Source: Phoronis australis (lineage: Eukaryota > Animalia > Phoronida). Taken from it: DNA of 64,000 bases. The stretch is taken from contig NMRA01000575.1 in assembly GCA_002633005.1 (NCBI GenBank), forward strand, positions 167,489 to 231,488, in the 5' to 3' direction. Shown here piece by piece: positions 38,607-52,825 of this stretch. The notes below the pieces were generated by a model. The model had not been told where the DNA came from, did no database searches, and saw only the letters and a program-made list of their open reading frames with translations. The stretch's first letter is position 1; the number at the start of each line of letters is the position of its first letter. Position numbers and translations under genes: made by a program.

Positions 38607-41600
38607 GTTTAGTCCACAAACAATCAGAAAACAAGGTCCGATACCTTACTGAGGTGAAGAGACGGAGAGAAATTGACTGAAAACTCGAAACTTGCAGAGA
38701 ATTATGGACGGTGGCCCAGTGTTGTGACAAGACAGAAGGATCACAATTAAACCAATAATCGTAGACCAAGGAGGGTCACTGACTCGAGAATCCAAACAAT
38801 ATGATAATGAAGACGAAGCAGGCCTATAGCTTGCATTAAATAATTTAATACTTAAATACTTAAATATTATTTGGACATGCTTTACAGCCTGATGAGAATT
38901 AGACGTAAACCCAAATGTGATGGCAAACGTAACGTGCCGAGATAGAACAAAGCGTGTTCTGAAATCTTTCCGAGTGCAATGCATGGCATTTTACCATATC
39001 GATGGCGCTTACGCAGGTGTTAAGTTAGCGTGTTCAGCGACTTCCGGAGTGACGGATAAATTGAACTGCCATAAATTGTACTGGTATAATGCACCCGACT
39101 TATGGAAATTTTTGTTTCTTCCAATGTTTGGTTAGTGTTTGAGTATGATAGGCCTAAATACACTCATATACTGAATATTCAAACTTTTTTGAGAACAATG
39201 TAAGCATTGATTTAAAGTTTAAAACGTTAAAACTTGTTATAATTGTTGTATTATATATTCGTGGAATCTATGACATTGTTACTGATATATGAGCATTGCT
39301 TGCAGAAGGCGTCTTTCTTAGACTAAGGGAATTGAATTTTCAAGGTTTGTTACTATTTTGAAGGAGTGTCCGGGCAAAAAATGTTAAAAAACAGGTAAGA
39401 TATTGTAAATGCTGCTACATTTTTTAAAAAGATATATATTTATTGAAGAATACACAGAACATACAAAGAAATAATGACAAACCCAGAAATCGCGACGCAT
39501 TATATCTGGGTTGTAAACAAATCATAAATGAAAACTAGTATATATATAGAGGTATATACAATTACATGTAAGTATTATCTAATATAAGTATCCGAATACT
39601 TAGATATGCTATTACAAATGTATAAAAACAATATGTACAGATTCTTGTATGTAAATCAGATGCAACAATATTGATAAACGGAACATAAAAATTTACTAAC
39701 CTTGCTTAGGAGGAATTCAGTCGTTGAGAACGAGGTCAAGGTGATGACTACCATTCAATAATAATGTAACTCTAGTTGGGATATTATTACAAGAATTGAG
39801 AGCGTTAATAACTGATTGGTTTTCATTGAGTCCACCAACGAGTGAGTCTCTCAGGTATTCGATGAGGGGACATTTGAAGAAAATGTGAGGATAAGATTGA
39901 TGGCCACCACTTGTCAGAGTTGAGGAAAAGACCACATCTTGATCTGTACAATGCTATTTTGTTATCGCGGGGAAGGGAGGATTGACGCAAGGGTGTTGAT
40001 TTATCAAAATTTATTCTAAAAAAGCAATTCTAAAATTATTTTTTGTACTCGTAAATGAGTTTCTTTCCTTAACAGAGACTGGAATAGAATTCCAGTTGTT
40101 GATGCACGTCATGACTGTAGACCTCCTGAATGCTTTACTGAACGACGGAGGAATTGCATTTGGGGTTGAGGATCTCAAATCACTACGATGGCCTTGCCTA
40201 GTGCATAGATCAAATATTTTTTGAAAGACACGTCGTTGACATTGTTTATTACTTTGAAAGTAGATGTGGTCATGTGAAGATTGCATCGAGTAGACAGTTT
40301 GGGCCACTTGAGACTATTCAAAACCTTAACACTATTGAATCCCCTCGTAAGCTCCGGTTATGAGTGAGGCAGCTTAATACTGTAACTTTCCAAATGTTGG
40401 AGTGCACCTGTATTGGCAGACTGATATATAATATCACAATAATCGATGTGTGTAAGTATAAAGGATATGAACAAAACCTCTAAATGTGTAGAATTCAGAT
40501 GACGAGAGACAAGCTTAAGCGGGTTAATTAGTTCCTGGGTTTTTTGTACGATCTCCCGAACGTGAGGGGTGAATGGAAGTTTTTCATCTAACGGTATACC
40601 CAGATGTCTGTGCGACTGGTTTCCGGGAATGATTTTATCATTAAGTTTAAAGTCATAAGACGGGTAAATAAGGATGTGAGCCTTAATATATTTAGAGAAG
40701 GTGAGGTCAACACTTTTTTCTGGTTTAAAATTCACTCTCCATTCTTTTGACCAATAGCTGAGCTTATTTAAGTCGTGTCGAAGCTGCAAAAATATTCAGG
40801 GCTGCTCCCTGCGAAGGGGTAAAAAAGCGCCGTGTCATCTGCATAAGGGTATGTGCTACATGATAGGTTAGTGGAAGGTCGTTAATATAAACCAAGAAGA
40901 GAAGAGGGTCCAATACACTACCCTGTGGTACATCTGCGTTTACAAATCCAGGAGGGGATTAAGTTGAAAGTACACCGTCGACACGAACACTGTATGTTCT
41001 TTCAGAGAGATATGAGGTGATCATGTTTAAAATATTACCAGTAATGCCATAGGATCGAAGTTTGTGAAGTAGAAGGTCGTGAGGGACACATTCGAAAGCA
41101 GAAGCTATATCTAGAAAACTGAACCGGACACTCTCGCCCTTCTCAAAATGTAAATGAATTGCATGTAGTATTTCAACAAGTTGTGCCACGGTGCTGTTCC
41201 CACGCAAAAAAAAAACAAATTGACGATGATAGACCAGCTTGTTTTGTTTGAGAAATGTAAGAATACTTTGAGCAATGATCTTCTCGAAGATTTTGGACAG
41301 GGTGTTAAGTAAAGTCATTGGGTGATAATTCTTACTTCCGAACATCAGTTTGATTAGCCGGGATGTCACACAGTTGATTGATACAACGTCCACGAAGGAA
41401 GGGAAAGTTACCTACTTCAGTTGATGTAATGTGGCTTTTGTTCGTGAAAATTTTGAGAAACAGGTCACACTTGTGACTACTACGTGAGGCTAGGTTACCA
41501 TTATAGTTGATGACAGGATAAGAGGATTGTTGTTGACTGCCGCGCATTTTATTGATGATGTTACAGTATTCTTTGGAGTTCTTGCTTGCGCTGTTAATTT

Positions 41601-42645
41601 GTTGAAAAAGCTTGTGGCGATGATCATCTTTGGCTTGATTTACTAAATTTTCAACTAGACGGGACTTCTCCTTGTATCTGTTGTAGATTGTAGTGTTATT
41701 AGATCTTCTGAAAGAGCTCTAAAGTCTGTTTCTTGTGCGGAATGCCCGTTTAACATTATTGTTGAACCACGGTTGGCTGTTGTGTCTAACTATCTTTTCA
41801 GTTGATGGGTTGTTGTTTTCATAGAGAGTACTAGTAAGAGTGAAACAGTATCATCAATGTCGTTCGTGTCCAATATGGAATCCCAATCAGCGTAGGTGAT
41901 ATCCTGACGTAATTTATCGGTGTCGAATTGGTTCGTTACGTGTGTTGTTCTTTAACCGGTGTTTTAGGTGTTAGAATGTTTTCAATTGTGTGGTGATCAG
42001 AATTGCCAACAGGATGTAGTGCAGAGCATGAGTCAATGATACTCAAACTGTTTGTTATGCAGAGATGAATACATGAATGAGAAACTTCGGTGATGCGGAT
42101 TGGCTCATTAATTAGCTGTATGGTGTCATTAGACAATAAGATATCAAACAATTGTAGTCCGGCCGTATTGTCCAGTTCATCATTGCACCATGTAGTTTCG
42201 GGCATTGAAATCACCATTGATGATTATACTAACGATATTGCGGTTAACATCGGCTAGGGCTTTGAAGTAGAGTTTTTTCAGTTGGAGATTGCGAAGGTGA
42301 TCGATAAAACAACCCACAGCAAATTTGTCTGTGATCGAAATCAATTTCGATACAGCAATTGCATAACTGAGGACAAGTTAAGCTAGGACACAATTTAAAT
42401 GAGAGCGTGTTTTTGGTGAATAAGATGATGCCACGGCCACTATTATTGTGATAGGCCACACTGTAACCAGGAATGATTAGTTCATTATCAAGGTCGTCTT
42501 TGGTAACAATACAAGTTCCACAAAGAGCGACAATCATATAATCGTAAGACAGAACAAAGTTTTTTAGAAATTAGAATCTGGAGAAATTGTTGGATTTAAT
42601 GCTGTGAATATTTGAAAATAAGACTTTAACCGTAGTATTGTCTTC

Positions 42646-42669
42646 AGGCCCAGGATTTTCTTCAACATC
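42646..42669 (-). other. 2A-like StopGo motif DVEENPGP at the ORF2 N-terminus
   Basis: Minus strand reads GMCLFLASDVEENPGP in frame with the APE start (KVLFSNIHS). Confidence 0.85.
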
Positions 42670-44290
42670 GCTAGCTAAAAAGAGGCACATGCCAATGACG
42701 ATTCCGTAATTCATACAGGAGTTATGTAAACAATGGTAAGACACATCATTCAGTAAGCTGAACCCGCATAGCGTGATATCTCATTTGATGCCCGTGAGAA
42801 GAATTGAACTGTGACCATGCGGGGGTAAGACCAGAAAAAATCACACTACTCGAGGCACTCAAAGGATAGCCGTATTTAACAATTAATACACCAATGCTTA
42901 TTGAAAATTCAAGGGTTGTTAAATGAATGAGGTAGACTGGACAATTAGGGGAGTAATTTTTAAACAACATAACTATATCATAGGCTCGCTTACAGGTAAA
43001 TAAATAGCAACTTAGTTGAAAAGCGCAACACATAAAATACAATCTTAGGAAACCAGTTAGTTCTGTTGCAAGTGAATACAAAACACATAGTTATTTGAGG
43101 ACGTAATAAGGAAAGTCAGGTGATAATGATTGACCTAAAGATATGTTACAGATGAAATATGACCAAATGGTAACGGACAAAAGAAGGTGAAAAATAAGAG
43201 TTTGAACACTCTCCTTCGCTGAAAAAAAAAACAAAAAAGATGTATTGAAGAGCTCTCACTATTGATAACTTAGCTATAACACGTTTTAGAATTGATAAAA
43301 GGCTATGTAAATGCTAACCACTATAGGCCACCGAGTAATGACTGATCAGCTCATGTGTTCGGTGTTGTCTTCTGAATTGAAGTTAACTTCCTCACAGATT
43401 GAAACACCAGTTTTCACAGGGATTGTTTCAACTTGAAATTCATTATAAACTAAATTATGGTAACAGACAGTGCTCAACGTGATTTTTTCACTGGCAAGCT
43501 AAAGCAGTAATAACTAATTAATGATATGGGGAATCATTATGAAACCCACAACAAAAATCGTATGTAGTTGTAGATTCTGCACCTGACTGACAGAGAACAG
43601 AACAAGTGCCTAGAAATTAAAATCAATATTATAGTAAGAGAGAGGTGTCAATAACATGACCGAACAGAAACACCACACAAAATCAGTGACGTGTAAATTT
43701 ATCCTGACAGACAATTTGGTTTGGAGTTGTCAAAAAAATCAACGTTCTGAGAAACCCAACATTCAGAAAAAATAATAATTATATAAGTGACAGCCACTAA
43801 GGCCTGAGCTCACATATAAGAATCATTGTCTTATGTGAATATCATGCAATGTACAATTCCGTCACACATTAAAATTAAAATGTGGGAAACATGTTTTTAC
43901 GACAACCAAAAATACCACATTAATACATTCTTTCGGCAGTTGTAAAGATACTTTATTCCATTTTTGGTAAGGGTGCAACTGAGAAACTGTAAGAGACAAC
44001 AAGCAACAAAAATCATGCTCCAAACATCAATGATTTAGATGCAGATTAAGAATTCGATGCATTACCATTATCTGTGGTCAGTTTAAGGCAATGTGATCGG
44101 TACGGACCTGTATAAAGTGCTCCACCAATGACAGAGAGGTAACTTGAGAGTGATCTAGTATTACATAAGGGAGAAAACTGAATAAGTATCAGTGGACAGG
44201 AGGGGTGGGGTGAGTGAACACAAACAAAGTGAGGGATATCACCAGTGAGTAATTGCCTATGAACAATATGACGAGATAGCAGAATACAAT

Positions 44291-45080
44291 TTAAAATTCG
44301 CAGTTTTTTAACACTAGAAGGTCACTTTCTGAGGAAACCTGCTTTATCCTGTTATCATGTAGCTGTATTGTTACGTTACCGTCATGCGTCCACGTTTTAG
44401 CGATGGTCTTAGATTGTCCGAGACGGCGACAGCGGGCGTAGAGAAGGGACCGTTGTTTCGTGAGATTATTATTGATATAGATCGGGGATGGTAAGTTCAG
44501 TTTGCGGAGTTGACTTCTGTTGTGAAGGAAAGCAGCTCTGGTGTTGTATGACACAAACTTACAGATGATAGGGCGATCTTTTCGCGAATCTCTAGCTCCG
44601 TGTTTACGTAGTTTGGGCCCGAGTCTGTGGGATCTGCTGATTTGTTGGGGGTTAATTTCAAGGCCTAGTTTGCGTCCCAAGTCAATCACAATGTTGTCAG
44701 TGGCTACATGTGCAGGTTTTTCATTTACCGGTTCATCGACTCCATATATAGCTATTATGGCGTCTCGAGTATTGCTCTAGGTTGTTGACTTGCTCATTCA
44801 GCAGCTGTATTTCTTTGTTTTTCTGTTTAATGATGGACTCGTAGTAGGCCTTTATATCATCCAGGGCAGGCTGTAATAGTTGATCACGGAGTGTTTTAAT
44901 AACTTGGGGCGCAGTCAGCACTTTTTGGAACTTTGCAATGTCCTCATTTGTGTCCGATTCACATAGGGGCGGGTCCAGCTGACGGAAGTCAAGGGTTGTT
45001 TGAGTAAATTGTTTTGCTCTGTCGTTTAAGGATGCGCTATCTTTGCTTGCATAGCTCTTTCTCGGTTCGTCAGCACTCAT
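44291..45080 (-). pseudogene. LINE ORF1 (coiled coil plus RRM-like)
   Basis: LEQYSRR, ISRSHRLG, RPIICKFVSY, IYINNNLT, TWTHDG; one frameshift. Confidence 0.85.
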
Positions 45081-46023
45081 GGTGGGTGAGGTATAAGATA
45101 ACCTAAGACTTAAATATAGAAATTTAATTGAGAAATCATCTGCACAATTTCAAACGCACATCTGGCGGGAAACAGGTCACGTGATGCTCCTTTATCTACT
45201 GAACATCTTCTCACATCTTCTCGTGGACGCTAGCAAACTAGTCTTGTTATAAGTGTGACAACTGTTACGTTTAACTAATAAAAATGAAGTATCTAGCGAC
45301 TCGAAAACTTTGGATAACAAAGTTCCGGTCTCGAAAAAGTCATGGCAATAAGCGGCCTGACCAAAATCATTCACCAATACAAACTGTAACTTCATTCTAT
45401 TCCATGGCAAGAAATATTATCGTTTCCTGATTTACTTGGTACGATACGTTGCCCGAAGCCGGCAACATAAACATTTCATGCCTGTTCTATACATTTCAGG
45501 TTTAATTTTCTGTCAGCCTTTGAACAGTCACGCAACGGGACAATGCCGTGACGTCTTTGGTGATCATGACCAGAATCAGCCGTGAGTGTTATTTGCTTCC
45601 AGCACAAAGTGCGAATTATATAAACACTAAGCTTGAGAAAAAAAAAACTGTTGCGTTTAGAACCAAATCTGCATGTTCAAAATAGGCCTCATGCCCTTTC
45701 AACACGGTATCACCGATCTTGACGCAAAACTTCTTTTTCAACGTCTTTAGATCAAACATGCATGATGCTTTCGTGTAATCTTTTTCTGCCCGAAAGTCCG
45801 GTCTCAGTACAAGTCAGTTGAAGTTTCATGCATGACCGCAATGCCTTGTTCTGTGAACGTGAAATAGTAATTTCACTTATTTATGGCGAATGTCTCTGTT
45901 TTAGGTACATATGCCCGAAGGAAGAGTGTTCCGCACATATCGTGTGGGGGACTGGGTCGTACACTTATGTAAGTGCCGATGTGTAGAAAGCAACTGTTTA
46001 ATCAGCCTATCATTCTTTGTGAA

Positions 46024-46138
46024 AGTAATAATAATAGTAGTAGTCGTACAAGTACAAGAAGTACTGTTAGAAGCCGCAGCATCAGCAGCAGCAGCAGCCG
46101 CAGCAGCAGCAGCAGCAGCAGTAGTGGTTATAGTAATA
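46024..46138. repeat. Compound trinucleotide microsatellite (TAA/TAG/CAG)
   Basis: taataataatagtagtag ... (gca)n ... gtagt. Confidence 0.85.
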
Positions 46139-46954
46139 GAAAGATCGAACTCTTAAAAGAAACCAAATGACTAGAAGGAGTATGTATTCTTATGTAATTA
46201 TGTTGCACGAATGTTTGTTTTTAGGCATCGATATGTACGTGTATGCACGTGTAGGTGTTAATATTCGCTGTGCAGTTTTGATCATAAGTCTCGTGAACAT
46301 CATTACATGTACGGCGGACACACGATATGGCCTCATTCCCGACAGTTGACCAGCCATTTGCAGGGTCAGTCCATTCAGGAACGTATTTTAAATCAACATG
46401 GGCCGAAAATCACTACTAAAGAAACAGCAGATAATACTACTACTGGTTATGTAAAAATTACCGGTTTTAGCGGAATATTTCGGTGTTTCTTTTCTTCAGT
46501 TATGAAAACACTGAACTGAATGAGAGCTCACAAGAGTTTACCTACATGTACAATGGCTCAGTTCCTCTAGCTGTTTTTTGGACTCCCACCGTATTGTATT
46601 TTCACTGTCTGTACGCTTGTCTAGCTGCTGCCACTGTTGATTTTACCACGTTCATTTTACTATGAGACATTGATGACACTTGTGCTTACGAAATGTAACT
46701 GCTATTTTGATATATTTGTTCGTGATTTCTATTGGTTATTGACTTCACAACTGATCGAAAACCACGCAGAGAATACGACCGAGTGTCTATAAAGCTATTC
46801 CAACGGAAAATGCAGTCGTGCTTTTTAATCTAGACTAAACATCTTCATGTACATGTATATGAACGTAATATGTTAGTATTGCAGTACAAGTCTAAGGAAC
46901 CCAGTTTTCTGTCTGCTTCAATACATTTAAAGAACTTCATGAAAATGATACTAA

Positions 46955-47845
46955 AGGAGAATGCCACTCGATTTTTTTTTACCGTCTTAATAGGTCTATA
47001 AACACATCATGTTCGATCTTACCTCGCCGAGAGGTCTCGTGTTAACCTGTGAGGAAGGTGAGAAACGACGCAGCGACGTCTGTGGTTCTTTTGCGGAGTG
47101 AATGTCGCTACGATGTGGTGTACCGTTCCAGCTTGTGCGAACTATTAAGCTGCGAGGAATGCTGGTATATCGTTATTTTCGATTTCCTTGGGAGCCCTTA
47201 ATGCTTCGGAAGTCGCTCGCAGCAGAAAGTAGATTTGTAGTTTCGCTTCTAATTCACCAAAATAATCACGTGCACAATATTTTTTGGCTCACTAGTATAG
47301 TCAGTTCGTGACTGGAAGTTTAGTTTCCAATTCTGGCTGCGACAGGCCTGCTCGGATTCCTAGCCACTGGACGGGATAACAATCGTTTTGTGTCTTTAGA
47401 AATAAAAAAATTGCAAGTCTAAAATTACAACACACAGCTATTTTCTCCTGTCTGTATTTCATGGAAGAAGAATTCGAATTTATCACCGACCAGACCCCAA
47501 ACTCCTGCGACCGACCTTATTTGGTAAATTGGTCTATCGAACGGTACGTTCAAATACCTATAATTCCGTAACAGCGAAATAATACAACAGGTTTGTTCAA
47601 GAACTTGATGTATTTGTAAGGGTTTTAAATCGACTTTTGATGATTTATTGGTGTTAAACGATGAATACAAGCGATAAACTTGACACCAGTAAACACGTTG
47701 TTAATAGACTGCGTTCGAACCTATGACATCATCGATTAATTTCAACTCCTCCATTTATCGTCAGGTGTCCGGTAAAAGATCTTTACTTGCTGTTATCGTG
47801 TGGAACTACTCGATCTAAATGGATACAAAATAGCGGCATTCTCCC
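46955..47845 (+). mobile_element. Kolobok-like family E, copy 3
   Basis: CTAA|AGGAGAATGCCACTCGA...GGCATTCTCCC|TTAA; inverted homolog of copy 2; decayed THAP start at 47102. Confidence 0.8.
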
Positions 47846-49475
47846 TTAACGCAAAATAGTTTTAGTCGAGTTCAGCCCAAATAATCAGGGTGTTCCATCG
47901 AAACAGGAATTCCAGTGTAAAACAGATTTCCTGCAGTCAAAAGGAGACTCCCGTACCTTCAAAACAGCTAACCAGCCCGAAAAACACGAACCCTGTCCTT
48001 TAAAACAGGACAGGACACCCAGGGACCGAGACACAACTCCCACACTTTTGTCAAACATTGTTTGATGAAAGCTCTGCGGAAACTCCATCCAGTTTTTAAT
48101 GATAAAATGAATGATAACATGAGGCTAAAACAAGTAGTGTTGGAAATTACGAACTGTTTATACGTTATCGTGTACCAAATTGATGAATGTACAGGAAGGA
48201 GTACCTTTATAAAGTAGGGCAAATTTATCACACTAGGGCAAAGATTCCACATAAAGTAACTTTATCAAAAGTCAAGTTTGCAACACTCATTTGAAGGAGC
48301 TTTTGAATTAAGCTGTGCTATGGCGATTTGAAGCTATTGTTGCTGTGAATGTTCATAAGTTGAACACAGGTTATATAACGTCGAAAATAAATCTGAAACG
48401 AGGCGATCCAGATCCTCTAACGAATACAATTGTTTGACGAAAAGTAGAGTATATAGAAGTAAATAAAACGACAATAATGGATCATATATTAACATCCTTT
48501 GTCAACAGAAAAACAAATAAAATAACATCAAACACGACATGACGAATGGCATCCGACATGACAAATGGCGTAATGAACATGAATGGCCACTTAATGATGA
48601 TTTATAATTACTTCGAGCGCAACAAGAAGGAGAGATACAAATAAATTTGTTTGGTATTGTACAATAATTTCGAAGCAAACTACTACTTCTATTGATTGTC
48701 AAGAGAGCTGGTTGCTAATACTTCTCGTAAATTCATTTCTCAGCCAATTTTAAGTCTACTAAGGATGTTGACGATTTCAATCCAGGATTCAAGTATTTGT
48801 CGGGCTGCTTGGCATGATGGTAGAATCTTACCTTGGAGTGACAATGAAGGACATAGAACGGTCACTTGGACGTCACCTTTTTATTTAAGCGAGTATTACA
48901 GAACAAGGCGTTATGGGTTTACAACAACAGGGTAAGACGGATAGTCTAACAGTGCTTTAAACTACGATAAACGTTGATCTGTTTAGATGATCCCATTCCC
49001 ATTTCACCCTAAATCGTCTGTTATTGCATAGTTGCATATTTTTATCTCCTTGCTGAAGATCCAACTCATTTTAGTGAGAGGCTTGAAGCTTTGGTGCAAA
49101 ATATTTCCCTGTAATCCCCGATAAATGTTTTGAGGTTACTGACAACAATAGCAGTTCCCATTTGACCAGTGCTGTAGTGATAAAATTAGAGATAAGTAGG
49201 ATCCCAATGCCTACTGTATCACATTCAGCGCTGATTTTTAGAATTCGCAAATCGTGACCCACAAACATGAAGGCTTATTTTTTGACGCGCCAGTAGGTAT
49301 TTACGTTGAGTCTCGTGTGGCGAATCTAGGATGTCGCAGAAAGGTCCTCGTGCTTTCCTGTGGTCTCTGAAGGGGGCAAACACGATTTTAAGGACAATAG
49401 GCGCGTAGCGCTGAAAAACGATATGAGGTTGGCGTTTTCTAATCGCCTGTGGAGTGTGTCCTCAGGGCCCCTTCG

Positions 49476-50789
49476 CATAACGCTAAAACCTCCTGAGAGA
49501 CCGTCCTGAGTTGGCAGCTGGAGCAACTCAGGACGGTCTGGGATCAAGAGAAAAACCACAGGGTAGATCTGTGGTCGTCAGATGTACATGTATTCAGTCG
49601 ATTACTTTTTATTGCCCGTGAAGCCGATGGTTTGGTGATAAGGGCTGCCTGAAGAAATATGACTCACGCGTTTGCATTTTCGCCGTTTTCAACGACATGT
49701 AAAAGATTGATCAACAAATTCCTCGTAAAATTCTGAAAACAAGCTTTTTTCTCCCACGAAAATCGATGAAATTTTGGCCGAGATATTTCAATTTCCGCCC
49801 AGGCTAGCCCTGCACAAAGGAGAACCGTCACAAAAGAATATTACTTGGTAATGCGGTTTCACTGTCAACAAAGGGAGACGTCAAAATCGACTTACAATTG
49901 AAATTTTTGCATGTTAAGTTATCGAAATATAAGTAAAGTCGTACGCTATAATTTAGCAGTAAAACAGCACTTTCATTTTGGTGAACATATGTCTATAAAG
50001 ACCTAACTCGCGCTTGCTGGTGAGTAGTGAATCCGATACAACACGTGAGGATGTCTGTGTAGTTGTTTTTGCTCTCAACTCAAAAGTAGCCGTTTCAAAA
50101 TGGAAGAGGGACAGAAAATGCAGGCAGTTGACGAAAACGGCCATTGGGCGGCAGCAACTGTGCGGGGATTAAATGACAGCGCCGGGAATTCACGTCGATT
50201 TTCCTGGATGTCCGTCTAAGATTGATCAGCTCGTCAATCCGTGATTCGTGAGAGGTTGAGCCGATCGATTATGTAGGGCTCGTGACCTGGTGAAGAAAAA
50301 CGTAAGTATTTTTATCATCACTCATGCTCGCATGATGCTGTTGGCTGTATAAATAAAGTATACCGTGTTTATACGTGGGATTGTGTGTTCATGAAATTAC
50401 AGACTATGTACTTGTACCACATCTAAAGTTAGAGAAACAATGTTTCTTTGTGAAAAATAAACGTCTGGACGAATCTATCGTGGTGCCTTCAATGTTGTTT
50501 TTGTTCTTTGTAAAGTAGATTTACTGTAACAAGTCCGATGTTGTCGGATTAAATTGGTATTCTGGAATTTTCAAAGCCAGTGGCTGATCCAGAATTTTTC
50601 GAATGGTGTTCGCAAATGAAATAATGTCAAGTCGTTGTTTTAAATTACCATTTAAGTTTTATTAATAAGAGGTGGAGACAGCATTCTGCAGCCATGTCTT
50701 TGTTACCTTGTCCTCATTTCTTTACATTTGTTTATGTTTCATGTCCTTGTTTTCTACTCTCTGTTGACTGAACTTAATGACATAATTGA
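49476..50789 (+). repeat. Left arm of a 1.3-kb inverted repeat (foldback element D)
   Basis: Aligns end to end with the reverse complement of 57395-58727, apart from scattered substitutions and indels. Confidence 0.9.
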
Positions 50790-52026
50790 CCTTACGCCAG
50801 AAAATGAATGACAGGCGTGATTGACCCATCAGGATGCTGCATTCCGGACATTCCTCCAGACTGCAGCTCAAGTCGCCATCTGGTCCGACAAACGTTAGCG
50901 GTTGTAGGACAAAACACGTTCAACTACAATGTGCATTTTGAATGGCCAAGAGGTGTTGTGGTGCGTGTAATTCAGACAGTCGTTATACCTACAGATATGA
51001 AAGCCCTGTCAATTTTTGGCCTTTTGCAAATCCTAGAAGTGACGTTGTAATGAGCCAACGTTGGATTACTTAAACTGTACGTGTGTCCTCCATCCCGCAC
51101 GAGTAGCCTAATCTGTCAACATTGTTTGGCCACTCGAAGGCTAAACACAAGTATGTTTTAAGGTTTGCACTATTTTTAAAATTTCTTCCCAATATTGGCA
51201 TTTTGGCTCTGGATTACAGCCTCTGTTAAGTGTGTGACCCGCCGCCTCTGAGATCACTTTCTGGTTCATTATAACCGTACATGACAACCATTTCCATAGC
51301 ACTGACGAAAACAGCTAAAATATAGTCAATCAAGAGTCAAAATGTATTGCATGCCTACCTACTTACATATTAGAGGCTCTTACATCTATGACTGTGAGTG
51401 TTAGGCCTATTCCTATTCCTTCTTGACTCCTCAGTCTTGGCCCTGTCGACTGGTTCTTGACTGTTATTATCTCGACAAAGATTGCCAGTAAAAGCCAAAA
51501 CGAATGATTGAAAACTTTATTATGGACATCGGAGAAAATGCACATTAATTACCGAAAACACAGATATGTAGCATTTTGGCGCTACGCCGTGGCACTACAG
51601 AAACGGCAAGCCATACTGATTAAATGCGCAGTGCCTGCATTGGTTGACATGTACGCAGTATAAAACTCACATATAAAACAACAGATTGGCAACAGTCCGC
51701 AGTCGGCAAGTGTGCTTTGTTTAGTCTGCCTTCGGAGGTCATAATCACGGTCACCACATAAAGGCGAAGGCAACCTTTTTCCATGTCATCTTGACCTAAA
51801 ATAAGGTTGGTTGGTTATCCTAGACATATGTTCAACTTAATTACAGCTTTTCGTAATTTTATTAATTACTCGTCCGCTACTGCGGAAGTGACGCTTTAGG
51901 AGGCAAGCATTTCGCGCCAATTTCTTTTCATATAGCATGACTGTGAGAGCTGCCGAGCCAGTCATTGTTCTACCTCGGTTGTGTTAAGTTCCGTCGTCGT
52001 TTGCTTTCATTTATTAGTCAGTCAAC

Positions 52027-52825
52027 ATGCCAAACCGTTGCTGCGTACCGGAATGTACTAATTATCGGCTCACGCGCGCTTTGGGAGTACCTTTGCATCA
52101 CTTTCCGATGGATGACACACTTCGCCGTACTTGGCTCGTTCGTGTGAAGAACGCAGCGTTACCCGTCCACACAACGTACAAAGCAGTGGACAATTACCGT
52201 GTGTGTGGCTAGCACTTTCTGCCCTCCGGTTACGAAAGGGATTTGAACTCTGAACTGATGAAGGTCCCTGCGAAACAACGCCTGAAGAAGGATGCCATTC
52301 CGTCTGTGTTGATTCCCGGCAGTGCCCCGTCGCCACCCCCGAGAAGTGCGTTTTTGAGGCGAGAAGCTTTGCGAGCTGTGGCCAGTACAGTGACTGGAGC
52401 CAGCGGAGGCACTTCATCTACTGTCACCCGTGCCTCCGAACGTACCCCAGAGCGTGCAATTCCTGGAACCAGTAGTGATTCGCCCTGTGCTGTTTTCTCC
52501 AGCCCAGAGCCTCTAAGCAGCCCTGCAGCGATATTGAGTAGTGGGAGTGATTACAGGCCCAGTTCGACACCCAGTGAAGAGGACAGTTCGTCGTCCAGTG
52601 AACAGATCGGTGAGCCAAACTTTGATAAGTTTATTGTGGACTTGTCTAAAGTGTTGGAGCTATTTAGAAGGTGCCAGGTGTGTGGCGAGGGAGTCACACG
52701 ACACGGTGTAAGAAGTTTGGGTGCTCAGGTCACCATCCAGTGGGAGTGTGTCGCGGGACACTCTGGCAAGTGGGACAGTTGTTCCTCTGTCCGTGGTATG
52801 CCGGAGGTCCACTTAACCATGTCCA
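52027..52825 (+). pseudogene. THAP-Kolobok transposase N-terminal half
   Basis: MPNRCCVPEC..HHFP..W..RVCG*HF..LKKDAIPS, then CQVCG..WECVAGH..W..GMP; one in-frame TAG at 52210; catalytic region deleted. Confidence 0.85.

Larger units (their letters stand above)
22781..38872 (-). mobile_element. Ngaro-type tyrosine-recombinase retrotransposon, decayed and multiply interrupted (full extent inferred)
   Basis: Split direct repeats A1 38666-38872, B1 23266-23425, A2 23060-23258, B2 22781-22918; hydrolase, gag, RT, RNase H and YR remnants all on the minus strand. Confidence 0.65.
39421..45180 (-). mobile_element. Near-full-length CR1/L2-type LINE, decayed
   Basis: ORF1 44291-45080, long spacer, ORF2 with APE (FYRSPSQ, SDH) and RT, C-terminal HIFFKCP, AATAAA near 39439-39444. 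Confidence 0.88.

Noticed and set aside
45911-46170. Poly-Ala/poly-Ser ORFs
   Set aside because: They are translations of a trinucleotide microsatellite.
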